NCBI GenBank assembly: GCA_944363035.1
Contig: CALVTS010000006.1
Location: forward strand, 14,382-78,381
Source: an uncultured Clostridia bacterium
GTDB lineage: Bacteria > Bacillota > Clostridia > Christensenellales > CAG-917
Direction of reading: 5' to 3'
Length of the DNA stretch: 64,000 nucleotides
Each line of letters starts with the position of its first letter. Positions within the stretch are counted from its first letter, which is position 1. The notes under the pieces were generated by a model. That model was given only the letters and a program-made list of their open reading frames with translations, ran no database searches and was not told where the DNA came from. This document shows positions 38,001-45,962 of the stretch, in pieces. Made by a program: the position numbers and the translations under genes.

Positions 38001-38348
38001 ATCATCACCTACGTCTCCGTGCTGGAACGCACCACCGAGATAGGCGTGCTCCGCTCCATCGGCGCAAGAAAGCTGGACATCAGCAACCTCTTCAACGCCG
38101 AAACCGCGATAATCGGCGCGTCGGCAGGCATATTGGGCGTATTCCTGGCGTGGATCATCGACTTCCCGATAAACGCGTGGATAGCCTCCCTCGCAACGCA
38201 GGCTCCCCCGAACTTCGCCGTGCTCAATCCCCTGCACGCCCTCCTGCTCGTTGCGCTGAGCATAGGACTCACCGTGCTCTCCGGTCTCGTCCCCGCCATT
38301 GCCGCGGCAAGAAAAGACCCCGTGAAAGCGTTGAGGTCGGCGGGATGA
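35013..38348 (+). CDS. fused ABC transporter ATP-binding / FtsX-type permease protein (paralog of 21619-24354)
   Basis: Same Walker A, signature and Walker B motifs as the paralog. K/E-rich linker. Large extracytoplasmic domain. C-terminal FtsX-like TM bundle. Confidence 0.85.
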   Translation: MLKLVNIIKDYKMADSVVHAVRGVNLNFRKSEFVSILGPSGCGKTTLLNIIGGLDQYTDGDLIINDRSTKEFRSRDWDAYRNRSIGFIFQSYNLIPHLNVLQNVELALTISGVSRKKKRKLAVDALERVGLGAQLKKKPNQMSGGQMQRVAIARAIVNNPEIILADEPTGALDTKTSEQVMDLLQEIADDRLVIMVTHNPELAQRYSTRIIELMDGEVQHDSNPYDGMPTILSPVTAMSDDGVTPIEEYIAKSEEEEEAVSATEQEQKKDKKDKKDKAKKEKTKKKSKSDLVADSAEHEETSALSLDGASVSEPAGEEKASLADATADASAPAGEDTAADEKFVAVVSPEVPVLTRKRSGKPKREKKERTSMSFLTALSLSARNLVAKRTRTFLTAFAGSIGIIGIALVLSLSNGFDIYMNDLEGSILNSMPLTVNTVGLDVDVESLMNMEFQQGEGEQYPDKDDYPYIKPYKPSGVMGLEGIDFGLNVLTDEYMEYVQNIPDELPGTLNAIRYSYAIEMPLLLKTGSGNTNSDYTLIEPTGSNVISDAMSSMGMGSNPIGWQQLLWDDFMLSQFDVLAGGYPGTDTANAVLGESYEGGETYDGNKARSAVLVINSYNMIDYSILEALGMELEQDADGNYLPIDFEKILGTEITVVGNNNYYTVPEIAYADSETGFVSESEVYDENGSFKSEYRASVNENFAGYDPEENVTVKIVGVMRVKSEILTPLLQTGVAYTEDLVQLCLDNAKESEIVKYQSAFSGANVVTGKKFTFDFSQITSLIETFGLTEASLIETLLDSLFDGSLIKAICSQDENGNYYIEIDINGIPGKLTYDQIMNILNEMIDEELKEALYACKTINQLLETIQSIDNVGQYLSDANIRKMLKEMDDIAIPGTSIALSGASILALIDSSYDTVMQALGGSDTPTGAYIYPTTFEAKDQICAYLDAWNEENPGMSVKYTDSAGMISSLLTQVVDIVSYILIAFAAISLVVSSVMIAIITYVSVLERTTEIGVLRSIGARKLDISNLFNAETAIIGASAGILGVFLAWIIDFPINAWIASLATQAPPNFAVLNPLHALLLVALSIGLTVLSGLVPAIAAARKDPVKALRSAG

Positions 38349-38375
38349 TCGCAGGCGCAAGGCACTTTTCGCTCA

Positions 38376-38400
38376 AAACCCACGGCAATGCCGTGGGTTT
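38376..38400 (+). terminator. terminator-like hairpin after the ABC transporter gene (weak U-tract)
   Basis: AAACCCACGGC-AAT-GCCGTGGGTTT. Confidence 0.5.
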
Positions 38401-38466
38401 CGTATATATGCGAATAACTCGCCCAAAGAGTACGGAGTGCTCGGGGAAATAAACAAGCTACCGTCC

Positions 38467-38803
38467 TCTGACATGGTAGTAAGATACCCCCTCCTCCCCT
38501 TCGGGACTCCTCCCCCACTCGGGATAGAGGACTGTCCTCCTAAAATGCGGGATATACTTTTTCATAAAGGCGCAAACCGCGCCTTTATGAAAACACCTCT
38601 TGAAAAAGGTTTGAGTCTCGCACTCACATAATCAAGCGGATACCAGTATCAACTGAACGTCGCTCGCGGGGCGAGGAGGGCGACTCGACGCGCACCGAGC
38701 CCGTGTCTACTTAATTTTTCGCCTAGCTTGCGAGATCGCAGATTCGCGCCGCGACTTGCAAAAGCGGGCGCAAACGCCCGCTGTGCAAGTTTGGCTGAGC
38801 GGC
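38467..38803 (+). ncRNA. candidate structured noncoding RNA / multicopy noncoding element, copy 1
   Basis: Shares long near-identical blocks with 52370-52888, in the same orientation. Several conserved hairpins. No coding potential. The strand call is tentative, based on G-U wobble preservation. Confidence 0.4.
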
Positions 38804-39043
38804 GCGTAATTCCGTCTCCGAAAATGGGCACATCGTACTCGGGGACGCTCCGAATAAGTGTTCATCACAATGATGCCCCACCCTCCCGCCCTATGGCGGC
38901 ACCTGCGCGAGTGTACCCTCGCGCAGATGCCGCATCTTTACTAACTTACTCTTCCCTTACACTCGTTTTGTCAAGGAACCCCGCCGAAAAATTTAGCTGG
39001 CAACGCCCGCTAAATTTTTCGCGCCCTTGACAACGACGACAAG

Positions 39044-39084
39044 TTAAAATAAAAACACGCGCGGAGCGGTCTCCCGCCCCGCGC
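39044..39084 (-). terminator. orphan strong minus-strand terminator inside gene-free region
   Basis: Stem GCGCGGAGCGG/CCGCCCCGCGC with one mismatch. On the minus strand it is followed by GTGTTTTTATTTTAAC. No annotated minus-strand gene lies upstream of it. Confidence 0.45.
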
Positions 39085-39494
39085 CTTGATTGCAAACTAC
39101 ACACCCTGTTTATTGCTGCCACCTTATCTTTTGATGTGTGCTTGTTTCCTTCTCACTTTTCCGTTTGTTGACGGTTCCCTTTTGCCCCCTTGGACAAGGG
39201 GGCGAATGTTGCGCTCGTTCTAAATATTCCCTTGTGGGGGTATGAGGAGTTTTCGGGTTGCAAGGGGCGGACTCGGAAAACAGCCCCTTGCCGCTTTTGT
39301 TTCTTTTGGCGTCCAAAAGAAAACATATTTTCCTTATCCGCTTGCAAACAAACTCTGTCTTTGTTTCTTTCAAAGTGTAAGAAAGAAACCCTCCTCCCTT
39401 TGCGCACAAAAGGAAGTCCTGCACGGTATGCGAAAGCACCCCTCTCCTCGGTCAGAGTTTCAAGCAAATTTTTTTAACAAATTCGCGATGATAC

Positions 39495-39555
39495 TTGACT
39501 TATCCGTGCGACGGGCATATTATGTGAACGACGGTTCATATGAATGTGCGTTCAT
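39495..39555 (+). promoter_or_regulatory. arsR-family operon promoter with two tandem palindromic operators
   Basis: TTGACT (39495-39500), 17 nt, TATTAT (39518-39523). Palindromes TGAAC-GACG-GTTCA (39525-39538) and ATGAA-TGTGCG-TTCAT (39540-39555). Confidence 0.6.
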
Positions 39556-39603
39556 TTGACCGCTAACGCGAGGCGCAAACGCGCTCCGCAAAAGGAGAAA
39601 GAT

Positions 39604-39945
39604 ATGGCTGTTCATTCCTGCACGATGCATCCCGAGGTGGTGGATGAGGTCGCAAAGCGCATGGTGCGCGGCGAGACCTTGACAAAGATGTCCGCCTTCC
39701 TCAAAGTGGTCGCGGACCCGACAAGGCTCTCCATCGTGAGCGCGTTGCTCATACGCGAAATGTGCGTATGCGATCTGGCGAAGCTCCTCGGCATGGAGCA
39801 CTCCGCCGTCTCTCATCAGCTTGCGGTGTTGCGAAAGAGCGACATCGTAAAGGTGCGGCAAGACGGCAAGGTCAAATACTACTCTCTCAGCGATGAACAC
39901 ATAAACACCGTGTTCAGCGTCACATTTATGCACGTAAACGAGTGA
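39604..39945 (+). CDS. ArsR/SmtB-family metalloregulator (CadC/CzrA-like)
   Basis: wHTH with EMCVCDL metal-site motif and HSAVSHQLAVLR recognition helix. RBS AGGAGA. Lies upstream of the metal ATPase. Confidence 0.88.
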   Translation: MAVHSCTMHPEVVDEVAKRMVRGETLTKMSAFLKVVADPTRLSIVSALLIREMCVCDLAKLLGMEHSAVSHQLAVLRKSDIVKVRQDGKVKYYSLSDEHINTVFSVTFMHVNE

Positions 39946-40007
39946 TACGTGCATTTGCCGCGCGGGAGACGACTTTCCCGCAAGGCGCCCGCAAAGGAGA
40001 TATCGCA

Positions 40008-40226
40008 ATGAAAAAGACTTTCCCCCTTGAAGACCTCGACTGCGCGAACTGCGCCGCTAAGATGGAACACGCCATCTCCAAGATAGACGGAGTCAACGAA
40101 GTGAGCGTCAGTTTTTTGATGCAACGCATGACCATTGACGCCGACGACGATCGCTTTGACGACATCCTGAAAGAGGCGGTCAAAAAGTGCCGCAGGATAG
40201 AACCCGACTGCAAGATAAAGCTGTGA
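40008..40226 (+). CDS. heavy-metal-associated (HMA) domain protein
   Basis: CANCAAKME metal-binding motif in a beta-alpha-beta-beta-alpha-beta-sized (72 aa) protein. RBS AAAGGAGA. Confidence 0.8.
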   Translation: MKKTFPLEDLDCANCAAKMEHAISKIDGVNEVSVSFLMQRMTIDADDDRFDDILKEAVKKCRRIEPDCKIKL

Positions 40227-40241
40227 CATCGGAGGCACCGA

Positions 40242-42164
40242 ATGAACGCTAAACAGAAAAAAGAATTGCTCCGCATCGCGGTATGTCTTGCCGCATTCCT
40301 CGTCCTTCTCATCACGGACAAGTGCATTGACGGCGGTCTTGCGGGAGCGGCGGGCGGAAAATACGGGTGGTTGCTCCCCTTCGGGCTCTTCCTCTCCGTA
40401 TATCTGGCGATAGGCTACGACGTGTTGTGGCGCGCTCTGCGAGGAGTGCTCCGCGGTCAGATGCTGGACGAAAACTTCCTGATGTGCATCGCCACTCTGG
40501 GCGCCTTTGCGCTCGCGATATACACCGGGGTGACCACGGGACATCCCGAGGGCTTCGACGAGGCGTGCGCGGTGCTCCTGTTTTATCAGGTGGGAGAATT
40601 TTTCCAGGATTACGCCACGGGGAGATCCAGGCGGTCGATATCCGAGCTCATGGACATCCGTCCCGACAGCGCGCACGTCCTGCGCTGCGGCGAGACGGTG
40701 ACGGTGGAGCCATCCGAGGTCGCCGTCGGCGAACGTATAGCCGTCAACCCCGGGGAAAAAGTGCCCCTCGACGGCGTTGTCGTGAAGGGCTCCTCCTCTT
40801 TGGACACCCGCGCGCTCACGGGAGAATCCCTCCCCCGCGAGGTGACGGAGGGCGACCGCGTGGTGAGCGGTTCGGTCAACGTGACTTCACGGCTTGAGAT
40901 CTCGGTGGAAAAGGCGTTTTACGACTCCACGGTGTCCAAGATACTCGACCTTGTGGAACACGCCGCCTCCCAAAAATCCAAGGCGGAAAATTTCATCACC
41001 AAATTCGCGAGATGGTACACCCCGATGGTCGTCACGGCGGCGATACTGCTTGCCGTCATCCCGGGGGCCGTCACGGGAGACTGGATGGACTGGGTATATC
41101 GCGCGCTGAGCTTTTTGGTGGTGTCCTGCCCCTGCACGCTCGTCATATCCGTACCCCTCTCCTTCTTTGCGGGGATAGGCGCGGCGTCTGCGGCGGGCGT
41201 ACTCGTGAAAGGCTCCAACTATCTTGAAAAATTCGACAAAGCGGACATCTTTGTCTTTGACAAGACGGGCACTCTCACCAAAGGCAATTTCGCCGTGGTG
41301 AAAGTCACTCCCGAGCGGGACAGAGAGCGCATACTCGCCCTCGCCGCCTCGGCGGAAAGGGATTCCTCCCATCCGATAGCGCGCTCCATAGCGGCGGCAT
41401 ACGGCGGGACGCCGAAGGAGGGATATGTCCTGACGAATATAGCGGGGGAAGGCATATCGGCGAACAAAGAGGGCTCAGAGGTGCTGGTCGGCAACGAAAA
41501 ACTCATGCGCAGACACCTTATCGACTTCCTCCCCGAGGAGGGCGCGGGCACCGTGGTCTATGTCGCCGAGAACGGAAAATTCCTGGGCTCTCTGCTCGTT
41601 GCCGACGAGCCGAGACCCGAAAGCCGCGATGTCGTCGCGTCGCTGAACGCCATGGGCTGCAGAACTGTGATGCTCACGGGAGACAACGAGCGGATCGCAA
41701 AGAGCGTCGCGGCGGACGCCGGCGTGACGGAATACAAAGCATCCCTCCTCCCGCAGGACAAAGTGGCTGAGGTTGAACGCGCCCTCTCCTCCAAAAAGCC
41801 CAATGACGTGCTGTGCTTTGTGGGCGACGGCATAAACGACGCTCCCGTGCTCATGCGCTCCGACATAGGCATCGCGATGGGCGGCGTGGGGAGCGACGCG
41901 GCGATTGAAGCCTCGGACATCGTGCTCATGCGCGACGACCTGAAAGGGATACCCGTCGCAAAGCGCATAGCGCGCAAGACCATGCGGGTGGTCTACGAAA
42001 ACATATGGTTCTCCCTCATCGTCAAAGTCGCCATACTGATACTCTCCGCCGTGGGACTTGCGGGGATGTGGCTTGCGGTGTTCGGGGACGTCGGAGTCGC
42101 GGTCATCGCCATACTCAACGCGATGAGAGTGAACTCCAAGCGCAGACAAGAACGCGCGATATAA
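40242..42164 (+). CDS. cadA: heavy-metal-translocating P1B-type ATPase (Cd/Zn/Co type)
   Basis: CPC in a TM helix (VVSCPCTLVIS), DKTGTLT phosphorylation site, GDGINDAP hinge. Confidence 0.92.
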   Translation: MNAKQKKELLRIAVCLAAFLVLLITDKCIDGGLAGAAGGKYGWLLPFGLFLSVYLAIGYDVLWRALRGVLRGQMLDENFLMCIATLGAFALAIYTGVTTGHPEGFDEACAVLLFYQVGEFFQDYATGRSRRSISELMDIRPDSAHVLRCGETVTVEPSEVAVGERIAVNPGEKVPLDGVVVKGSSSLDTRALTGESLPREVTEGDRVVSGSVNVTSRLEISVEKAFYDSTVSKILDLVEHAASQKSKAENFITKFARWYTPMVVTAAILLAVIPGAVTGDWMDWVYRALSFLVVSCPCTLVISVPLSFFAGIGAASAAGVLVKGSNYLEKFDKADIFVFDKTGTLTKGNFAVVKVTPERDRERILALAASAERDSSHPIARSIAAAYGGTPKEGYVLTNIAGEGISANKEGSEVLVGNEKLMRRHLIDFLPEEGAGTVVYVAENGKFLGSLLVADEPRPESRDVVASLNAMGCRTVMLTGDNERIAKSVAADAGVTEYKASLLPQDKVAEVERALSSKKPNDVLCFVGDGINDAPVLMRSDIGIAMGGVGSDAAIEASDIVLMRDDLKGIPVAKRIARKTMRVVYENIWFSLIVKVAILILSAVGLAGMWLAVFGDVGVAVIAILNAMRVNSKRRQERAI

Positions 42165-42205
42165 AGACTGCAAAGCAATATATCCGTTCGGTCTCGATAC
42201 CGACC

Positions 42206-42250
42206 AAAAGGGGAAAACGGGCGCTTAGATGCCCGTTTTCCCCCTTTTTT
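42206..42250 (+). terminator. Rho-independent terminator (cadA)
   Basis: GGGGAAAACGGGC-GCTTAGAT-GCCCGTTTTCCCC followed by TTTTTT. Confidence 0.85.
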
Positions 42251-42336
42251 GTTCACATGGTCATCCGAACATATGTCGAGGCGGAGCGCCCGCACCGCCC
42301 TCATCCCCTCCGCCTCTCCCCCGCGCAGGGACATAT

Positions 42337-42496
42337 GCGCACATCTTCGCATTTTGATATTTGCCAACGCGCACATATCGGCATTTACATCCTCCCGTAT
42401 GCGCACATATATCGACATTTACGCCATCGGATGCGCACATATTCTTGTTTGATACGTTTTGTTTGCGCATATGTTCACCGACGACCGAACGGATAT
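42337..42496. repeat. degenerate 32-bp tandem array (5 units) with conserved GCGCACAT(AT) box
   Basis: The box starts at 42337, 42369, 42401, 42433 and 42465 (the last is GCGCATATG). The period is exactly 32 bp. Confidence 0.8.
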
Positions 42497-42610
42497 ATCC
42501 GCGACTTCCCTCCGCGCCTCTCACCGAAAAGCTGCCGACGCGACCTTTAAGAGCAAGCCCGCGCCGTACTTCACAGAGACTCCTGCGGCTAAATAAACAC
42601 TAATCGTGTG

Positions 42611-42639
42611 TTGACAAAACGGAACGGGGAGGATATAAT
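42611..42639 (+). promoter_or_regulatory. consensus sigma-A promoter of XRE gene
   Basis: TTGACA (42611-42616), 17 nt, TATAAT (42634-42639). Confidence 0.6.
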
Positions 42640-42668
42640 ACACTTATCGTACACAAAAGAGGTGCTTT

Positions 42669-42881
42669 ATGCTGAAAACCTGCTTCCCGGAAAGACTCAA
42701 ACAGCTCCGTCGCGACAATGGGATGTTGCAAGCCGATCTTGCAGAGCATTTCAAGGTGTCCAAGTCCGCCGTGTCCGGCTGGGAAGTGGGCAGAAACCAG
42801 CCTAATTACGACATTCTGATAGAGATGAGCATACTTTTCGGAGTGAGTGTGGACTATCTCATAGGAAGAAGGAACTACTGA
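42669..42881 (+). CDS. XRE-family HTH transcriptional regulator (70 aa)
   Basis: HTH_3 pattern (LKQLRRDNGMLQADLAEHFKVSKSAVSGWEVG). Consensus promoter and RBS AAGAGGTG upstream. Confidence 0.8.
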   Translation: MLKTCFPERLKQLRRDNGMLQADLAEHFKVSKSAVSGWEVGRNQPNYDILIEMSILFGVSVDYLIGRRNY

Positions 42882-42951
42882 AAAGCAAGACCGTTAAGGC
42901 AGGACAGTCTCCTCCCGCGAAACTCTCCTTCGGCAGACGGCAAAGCAAGAC

Positions 42952-42984
42952 AAAAGCGCGCCAAAAGGCGCGCTTTCCTTTTTC
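42952..42984. terminator. bidirectional terminator between XRE gene and uvrA
   Basis: AAAGCGCGCC-AAAA-GGCGCGCTTT followed by CCTTTTT. Confidence 0.75.
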
Positions 42985-42991
42985 ACGAAGG

Positions 42992-43028
42992 GATGCCGGA
43001 CAGGAATAATACAAACCTAGGTCGGCAT
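42992..43028. repeat. minimal remnant of the MITE-like element (termini only)
   Basis: GATGCCGGACAGGAATAATACAAACCTAGGTCGGCAT: one terminal repeat plus the last 6-7 nt of the opposite terminus. Confidence 0.45.
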
Positions 43029-43047
43029 ACGCAATACTTTTCGTGTT

Positions 43048-45870
43048 TTATGCCTTTGCTTTCGGCAATATCTTTCTCAAAAACTCCGCAGTATAGCTCT
43101 TCCTGTTTTTCGCCACCTCTTCGGGTGTGCCCGCCGCGACGACCTTTCCGCCGCCCCCTCCTCCGTCGGGACCCAGGTCTATGATGTAGTCCGCCACCTT
43201 GATGACGTCCAGGTTGTGCTCTATGACCACTATGGTGTTGCCGGCGTCTGCGAGGCGGTTGAGGATCGCAAGAAGTTTCGCCACGTCATGGGTGTGCAGT
43301 CCCGTAGTGGGCTCGTCCAGGATGTAGAGGGTCTTTCCCGTACTGCGTTTGCTGAGTTCGGTGGCGAGTTTCACCCTCTGCGCCTCTCCCCCCGAAAGAG
43401 TCGTGGAGGATTGCCCGAGCTTGATATAGCCCAGTCCCACGTCGTAGAGGGTCTGGATGCGGGAGCGGATGCGAGGCACGTTTTTGAAAAAGTCCAACGC
43501 CTCCTCCACCGTCATATCCAGCACTTCGGAGATATTCTTCCCCTTATACCGCACTTCCAGAGTCTCGCGGTTGTATCTTGCGCCCTTGCACACCTCGCAG
43601 GGGACGTAGATGTCGGGGAGGAAGTGCATCTCGATCTTGATTATGCCGTCGCCGTGACAGTTCTCGCACCTGCCGCCCGAGACGTTGAAGGAAAATCTGC
43701 CCGACTTGTATCCCCTGGCTTTCGCGTCGGGAAGTGCGGCAAACAGCTCCCTTATCGGCGTGAATACGTCTGTGTACGTCGCGGGATTGGAGCGCGGGGT
43801 CCTGCCTATCGGGCTTTGGTCTATCGCTATCACCTTGTCGAAATACTCCACGCCCTCTATGCCGTCGTATTCCCCCTCGACAAGGTTGCTCCGCATGAGG
43901 CGGTTGGACATGGCGGGATAAAGTATCTCGTTGACCAAGGAGGATTTGCCGCTCCCGGACACTCCCGTCACGGCGGTGAACACTCCGACGGGGAACTCCA
44001 CATCCTCTCCTTTCAGGTTGTTTTGTCTCACTCCGCGCAGGATCAATTTTCTATCGGATATGGCGCGGCGCATTTCGGGGACTTCTATCCTCAGCTCGCC
44101 CGACAGATATTTGCCCGTCACGGAATCGGGCGCGGCGATGATGTCCTCCACGCCGCCCGCCGCCACGACCTCTCCGCCGTGCACGCCCGCGCCGGGACCT
44201 ATATCCACAATGTAGTCCGCCTCGCGTATGGTCTCCTCGTCGTGCTCCACCACTATGAGGGTGTTGCCGAGGTCGCGCAGTCCTTTCAGGGAATTTAGCA
44301 GTTTCCGATTGTCCTTTTGATGCAGACCTATGCTGGGCTCGTCCAAAATGTAAAGCACTCCCGTGAGCCCGCTCCCTATCTGCGTCGCAAGCCGTATGCG
44401 CTGGCTCTCTCCGCCCGAAAGGGAGGAGGAGGATCGCGCGAGAGTGAGATAGCCGAGCCCCACGTCCGAAAGGAATCTGAGCCTCGCGTTTATCTCTTTC
44501 AGGATGCGGTGCACGATGAGTTGCTGGGTGTCCGTAAACTTGACCTCGGACAGAAACTCGGCAAGCTCCACCACCGTCATACAGCACGCCTCGTAGATAT
44601 TCTTGCCGCCTATCGTGACGCTGAGAGCCTCGGGTTTGAGACGTTTGCCTCCGCACGCGGTGCACGGCACCTGTTTCATATAGCGGGATATCTCCATCTT
44701 GACCATCTCGGAATCCGTCTCATTGAAACGGCGCAGAAGGTTGTTGGCGATACCCTCGTAGGCGCTATGGAATCTGCCGCTGAAACTGCCCGTGGAGTAC
44801 TCCATTGGAATCTTGTCCCCGCCGTTGCCGTAGAAGATGAGGTCGAGCACCTTCTCGGGGAGATCCTTGACGGGCACGTCCAGCGAAAAGCCGTACTCCT
44901 TGGAGAGCGCACGGAACTGCATCTGCGACATTTTGCCCGTGTCGATATACCAGCCGCTCGCGCGTATCCCGCCCTCGCGCAGAGTGGCGTTCGGATCCGC
45001 GATGAGCTTTTTGGTGTCTATCTCGTTGGTGAAGCCCAACCCCGCGCAGACGGGACAGGCTCCGTACGGATTGTTGAAGGAAAACAGTCTCGGAGTGAGC
45101 TCCTCGATGCTTATCTCGCAGTCGGGACAGGCGTAGCGCGTGGAATACAGCACCTCCTCGCCGTCGTAGTCCGCGATGACGAGCCCGTCGGCGAGCTTTA
45201 TCGCGGTCTCGAGCGCCTCGGTGAGACGGCGTCCCGCGCCCTCTTTGACGACGAGCCTGTCCACCACAACGCCGATGTCGTGCTTGACGTTTTTGTCGAG
45301 GTCTATCTCCTCGTCAAGGGTATAATTTATGCCGTCTACGCGCACGCGCACGAACCCCGCGCGCTTATAGGTCTCCAACTGCTTGACGTACTCCCCCTTT
45401 CTGCCGCGCACCACGGGAGCGATGATCTGAAGTTTGGCGCCGAGGCGGGTCATGACTTTGTCCGCGATCTGGTCCACCGTCTGACGCACTATCTCCCTGC
45501 CGCATTTGGGACAATGAGGAGTGCCCGCACGCGCGTACAGAAGACGCATATAGTCGTATATTTCCGTCACGGTGCCCACCGTGGAACGGGGATTGTGGGA
45601 GGTGGTCTTCTGGTCTATGGAAACGGCGGGGGACAGCCCCTCTATATACTCCACATCGGGTTTCTGCATCTGCCCCAAAAACTGGCGCGCGTAGCTGGAC
45701 AGGCTCTCCATATACCTGCGCTGTCCCTCGGCGAATATGGTGTCGAAGGCGAGGGAAGATTTCCCGCTCCCGGAAAGCCCGGTGAACACCACCAGCTTGT
45801 CGCGGGGTATCTCCAGGTCGATGTTTTTGAGATTGTTTTCCCTTGCGCCTTTTATGAATATCTCTTTCAT
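43048..45870 (-). CDS. uvrA: excinuclease ABC subunit A
   Basis: [53 protein letters not shown]. 940 aa with duplicated ABC modules. Confidence 0.95.
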   Translation of the reverse strand: MKEIFIKGARENNLKNIDLEIPRDKLVVFTGLSGSGKSSLAFDTIFAEGQRRYMESLSSYARQFLGQMQKPDVEYIEGLSPAVSIDQKTTSHNPRSTVGTVTEIYDYMRLLYARAGTPHCPKCGREIVRQTVDQIADKVMTRLGAKLQIIAPVVRGRKGEYVKQLETYKRAGFVRVRVDGINYTLDEEIDLDKNVKHDIGVVVDRLVVKEGAGRRLTEALETAIKLADGLVIADYDGEEVLYSTRYACPDCEISIEELTPRLFSFNNPYGACPVCAGLGFTNEIDTKKLIADPNATLREGGIRASGWYIDTGKMSQMQFRALSKEYGFSLDVPVKDLPEKVLDLIFYGNGGDKIPMEYSTGSFSGRFHSAYEGIANNLLRRFNETDSEMVKMEISRYMKQVPCTACGGKRLKPEALSVTIGGKNIYEACCMTVVELAEFLSEVKFTDTQQLIVHRILKEINARLRFLSDVGLGYLTLARSSSSLSGGESQRIRLATQIGSGLTGVLYILDEPSIGLHQKDNRKLLNSLKGLRDLGNTLIVVEHDEETIREADYIVDIGPGAGVHGGEVVAAGGVEDIIAAPDSVTGKYLSGELRIEVPEMRRAISDRKLILRGVRQNNLKGEDVEFPVGVFTAVTGVSGSGKSSLVNEILYPAMSNRLMRSNLVEGEYDGIEGVEYFDKVIAIDQSPIGRTPRSNPATYTDVFTPIRELFAALPDAKARGYKSGRFSFNVSGGRCENCHGDGIIKIEMHFLPDIYVPCEVCKGARYNRETLEVRYKGKNISEVLDMTVEEALDFFKNVPRIRSRIQTLYDVGLGYIKLGQSSTTLSGGEAQRVKLATELSKRSTGKTLYILDEPTTGLHTHDVAKLLAILNRLADAGNTIVVIEHNLDVIKVADYIIDLGPDGGGGGGKVVAAGTPEEVAKNRKSYTAEFLRKILPKAKA

Positions 45871-45962
45871 ACTCTCACTTCCGAAAACCGCGCTCTGCGC
45901 CTCTGCGCCGAGACGCGGCGTCCGCCGTCACGCCCTCATCCGAAGAGGCTCGGCGACGCCGT

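Larger units (their letters stand above)
42178..42498. repeat. 321-bp segment bounded by perfect 16-bp inverted repeats
   Basis: ATATATCCGTTCGGTC (42178-42193) and GACCGAACGGATATAT (42483-42498). Encloses the cadA terminator and the 32-bp box array. Confidence 0.6.

Noticed and set aside
38520-38545. RNase P RNA-like word on the minus strand (GGAGGACAGUCC vs GAGGAAAGUCC)
   Set aside because: The element occurs twice in 14 kb. The other universally conserved RNase P regions are not evident, and the wobble evidence favours the + strand.
39153-39467. Minus-strand ORFs (104-109 aa) in the gene-free region
   Set aside because: They are very basic and low-complexity, they overlap multiple perfect hairpins, and they have no convincing start context. 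The region is kept only as a possible ncRNA locus in the findings.
39505-39512. GTGCGAC (group II intron 5' consensus) and the idea that the conserved noncoding elements are ORF-less group II introns
   Set aside because: The GTGCGAC lies in the spacer of the arsR promoter. On neither strand did I find a domain V-like 34-nt hairpin with the AGC triad and GNRA loop, nor an IEP/RT ORF.
42337-42496. The 32-bp periodic repeat array considered as a CRISPR array
   Set aside because: The period is only 32 bp, with no alternating unique spacers. The units are degenerate copies of one another, and there is no leader or cas gene. It is a tandem repeat or binding-site array.
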